Positions 63,436 to 64,000 of a stretch of 64,000 nt of DNA are shown piece by piece. Made by a program: the position numbers and the translations under genes. Each line of letters begins with the position of its first letter. Positions within the stretch are counted from its first letter, which is position 1. The DNA is taken from contig JAMOSO010000011.1 of the NCBI GenBank assembly GCA_027063065.1, positions 5,370 through 69,369 of the forward strand, in the 5' to 3' direction. Below the pieces are notes generated by a model. The model worked only from the letters and a program-made list of their open reading frames with translations, ran no database searches and had not been told where the DNA came from. The stretch comes from Planctomycetota bacterium. GTDB taxonomy: Bacteria > Planctomycetota > JAMOSO01.

Positions 63436-63999
63436 CTATTTAATAATAGTAAAATTAATTGGAACTACATACTCTTTTATACCCTTACGGGCAGCAACTG
63501 GTTTAAATTTCCACTTAGATAAATATAATTTGGAGATCTTATCTATATCACTAGAACCACTACTAATTATATTACGAACCCTTAAAACTCTTCCGCCTGT
63601 ACTAACTGTAATTACAAATCTAGATTTAAACTCAACTTCCTGAACCTCAGCCCACAAAGGATAATCAGCAATCGAAGGCTTAAATAAAATTTTGCGTTTT
63701 ATTGGTTTTCCAACCAAACTATACACACCTGTACGAACCTCTATACCGCCAATAGACTCAACCTCTACCTGAGGCATATCGTTTAAATGCAACTCAACAG
63801 GCGGTGTTGATAAAGCTTCGTCTTTATTGTCTTCTGCTAAAATATCCTTATCCACCGAAAAGCCAGAATCAAACAATTTACGTTGCCCTTGCATTATCTC
63901 CAATGAACCTAATGATTTTATTTCTTTTAACTGTGGCAATTTAGGTGGAGCAAAATGTTTTGTAATGGGTGGAGTAATAGTTACCAATTCATAAGCAAA
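63436..63999 (-). CDS. TonB C-terminal-domain protein (partial; frame stays open to window edge)
   Basis: Pro-rich stretch followed by YPLWAE...FVITVSTGGRV...SSGSSDID...WKFKP...VPINF, a TonB_C pattern. Confidence 0.7.
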   Translation of the reverse strand, partial: FAYELVTITPPITKHFAPPKLPQLKEIKSLGSLEIMQGQRKLFDSGFSVDKDILAEDNKDEALSTPPVELHLNDMPQVEVESIGGIEVRTGVYSLVGKPIKRKILFKPSIADYPLWAEVQEVEFKSRFVITVSTGGRVLRVRNIISSGSSDIDKISKLYLSKWKFKPVAARKGIKEYVVPINFTIIK

Positions 64000-64000
64000 A

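Overview
AT-rich bacterial chromosomal window made up almost entirely of core and metabolic genes. I found no rRNA, tRNA, CRISPR array, integrase or transposase. A prepilin-type N-terminal/H-X9-DG protein, GldA/F/G-like ABC systems and LPS core genes suggest a Gram-negative PVC-superphylum organism (Lentisphaerae/Planctomycetota-like; inference). Nfn, Rnf, Rex and hemerythrin suggest an anaerobic or facultative lifestyle. Main blocks in order: menB; dciA-gyrB; nfnA-nfnB-lipoate ligase-rex-lipoprotein; hemL-sensor kinase-recJ; hemerythrin; disulfide oxidoreductase plus GT-like protein; satP; NifA-like activator-nadE-glutamine synthetase III, divergent from rnfABCDGE-pgi; an orphan tandem-domain protein divergent from sbcD-sbcC-recQ-waaA-K+ channel-waaF; PAS sigma54 activator; sulP; Gld-like ABC cluster; hemW-cimA-valS; rhaB; PhnDCE-like (putative selenate) ABC transporter with a phospholipase D; partial TonB-domain gene. 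Most notable observations: (1) an apparent nitrogen-regulatory circuit with a sigma54 promoter before GSIII and a shared KACAWAWWKGTA motif, found as a candidate enhancer there and over the activator's own promoter; (2) nine candidate sigma70-type promoters with a 16-bp spacer; (3) a 355-aa orphan built from two copies of an unknown domain; (4) a Cys-tailed Rex coupled to a repeat-containing lipoprotein.
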